From an uncultured delta proteobacterium (GTDB lineage Bacteria; Desulfobacterota; Binatia; UBA9968), in the NCBI GenBank assembly GCA_963755715.1, contig CAVWLW010000057.1, positions 63,832-127,831 of the forward strand: 64,000 nt of DNA, given 5' to 3'. Numbering within the stretch: position 1 is the first letter of the stretch; every line of letters starts with the position of its first letter. Of this stretch, positions 63,228-64,000 are shown piece by piece. Position numbers and translations under genes: made by a program. The notes under the pieces are model-generated. The model worked only from the letters and a program-made list of their open reading frames with translations, was not told where the DNA came from and ran no database searches.

Positions 63228-63893
63228 TCATGCGTATTCGCGATAAATGCCGTCGAATTTCGCGATTTTGAATCTAACGGCGTGTTTCGCGATCTCGCGT
63301 ACTCGGTTTTGCTCTTGGGCTGAATTGGCAAAACGCTTTACAACCTCGATGGCTCGTTGGTATGATCTTGATCTGCAACCCAGTGAACCTTAAAAAACTC
63401 CAAAGCTTTCTCCGGCACTGGGTAGTGCTTCGGTAGATGGGTCGCGAACTCTCAGAATATCGGCAGACCATGCTTTCATTGACTAATGCCCAAGTGCGAT
63501 TTTCGCTTGGCGATCCGCAAGCATGCCCCTTAGAGCGGCGCCGGTATGGGACAAACATTCAAAAATAAACAACACGTTTTCAAAGTCGTCATCCTTGAGG
63601 CCTAACGCCACGCCGAATCGCTTAACCAGATCGGGGTGATACTGCTCTTCGTTGTACTGATAGGAGAAATGCTTGTACAAATCGGCGTCGTGGGCGTACT
63701 TGACCATGCAAAGGGCAAAGCCTTTGTTTAGGGCGATGTTGGTAATGTAATGTTGAAGCGAAAATCCCTGGAGTCTACGGATGGAAAGCGTGCCTTGCCG
63801 TAATTCTACGAAGTATTGTGTTTGCATTAAACTCTGAAGCCCAGGTTTCACGATCTCATTGATCAGTGAGCCGACGAAACTATCTTGATTCAT
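63228..63893 (-). CDS. Heme-oxygenase-like diiron protein (PqqC/CADD/TenA-like), broken by three single-base deletions
   Basis: NEEQYH, NES and HWVADQDH motifs recovered across shifts at about 63520, 63450 and 63360; GGAGG RBS; about 222 aa when restored. Confidence 0.75.
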
Positions 63894-64000
63894 TGCTTCC
63901 TCCATCTTGGCGGTCGAAGGTATCAATCAATGACCTCCATCGAAAACAAACCCATCTTTCGTCCCATCGCGCTTCACCCTTGGAACTCTTTTAGTTCTTT

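Overview
Bacterial chromosome segment, moderately GC-rich. The gene order (ilvBN-ilvC-psd-pssA-leuA-leuB-asd-truA; rpsB-tsf-pyrH-frr-uppS-cdsA-dxr-rseP-tsaB; tol-pal; pgk-tpiA-secG-tRNA-Leu) and the many NMT1/THI5-like solute-binding proteins suggest a deltaproteobacteria-like lineage such as Candidatus Binatia (inference). 1-21.6 kb is accessory transport, catabolic and stress genes. 21.6-54.9 kb is core housekeeping. After tRNA-Leu(GAG) comes a degraded tyrosine-integrase remnant and an island-like mosaic: gene fragments, a two-component system with DegP, and a USP remnant. Best finding: the NhaP/CPA1 antiporter ORF (61133..62617) stops at a TGA in the active-site loop (C-A-U-P) of a C-terminal rhodanese domain. 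The frame continues for 46 codons that complete the domain, and a bacterial SECIS-like hairpin follows the TGA, so this is probably a 541-aa selenoprotein antiporter-rhodanese fusion. Other signals: a 35-bp inverted repeat around a 72-bp segment, an IF1-like/Zn-ribbon gene next to a FAM173-like methyltransferase, three sigma54 promoters on small stress genes, and a heme-oxygenase-like diiron gene hidden by frameshifts. Several single-base indels look like sequencing errors, so single-base claims need read-level confirmation. All product calls are from motif recognition by eye, with no database searches.
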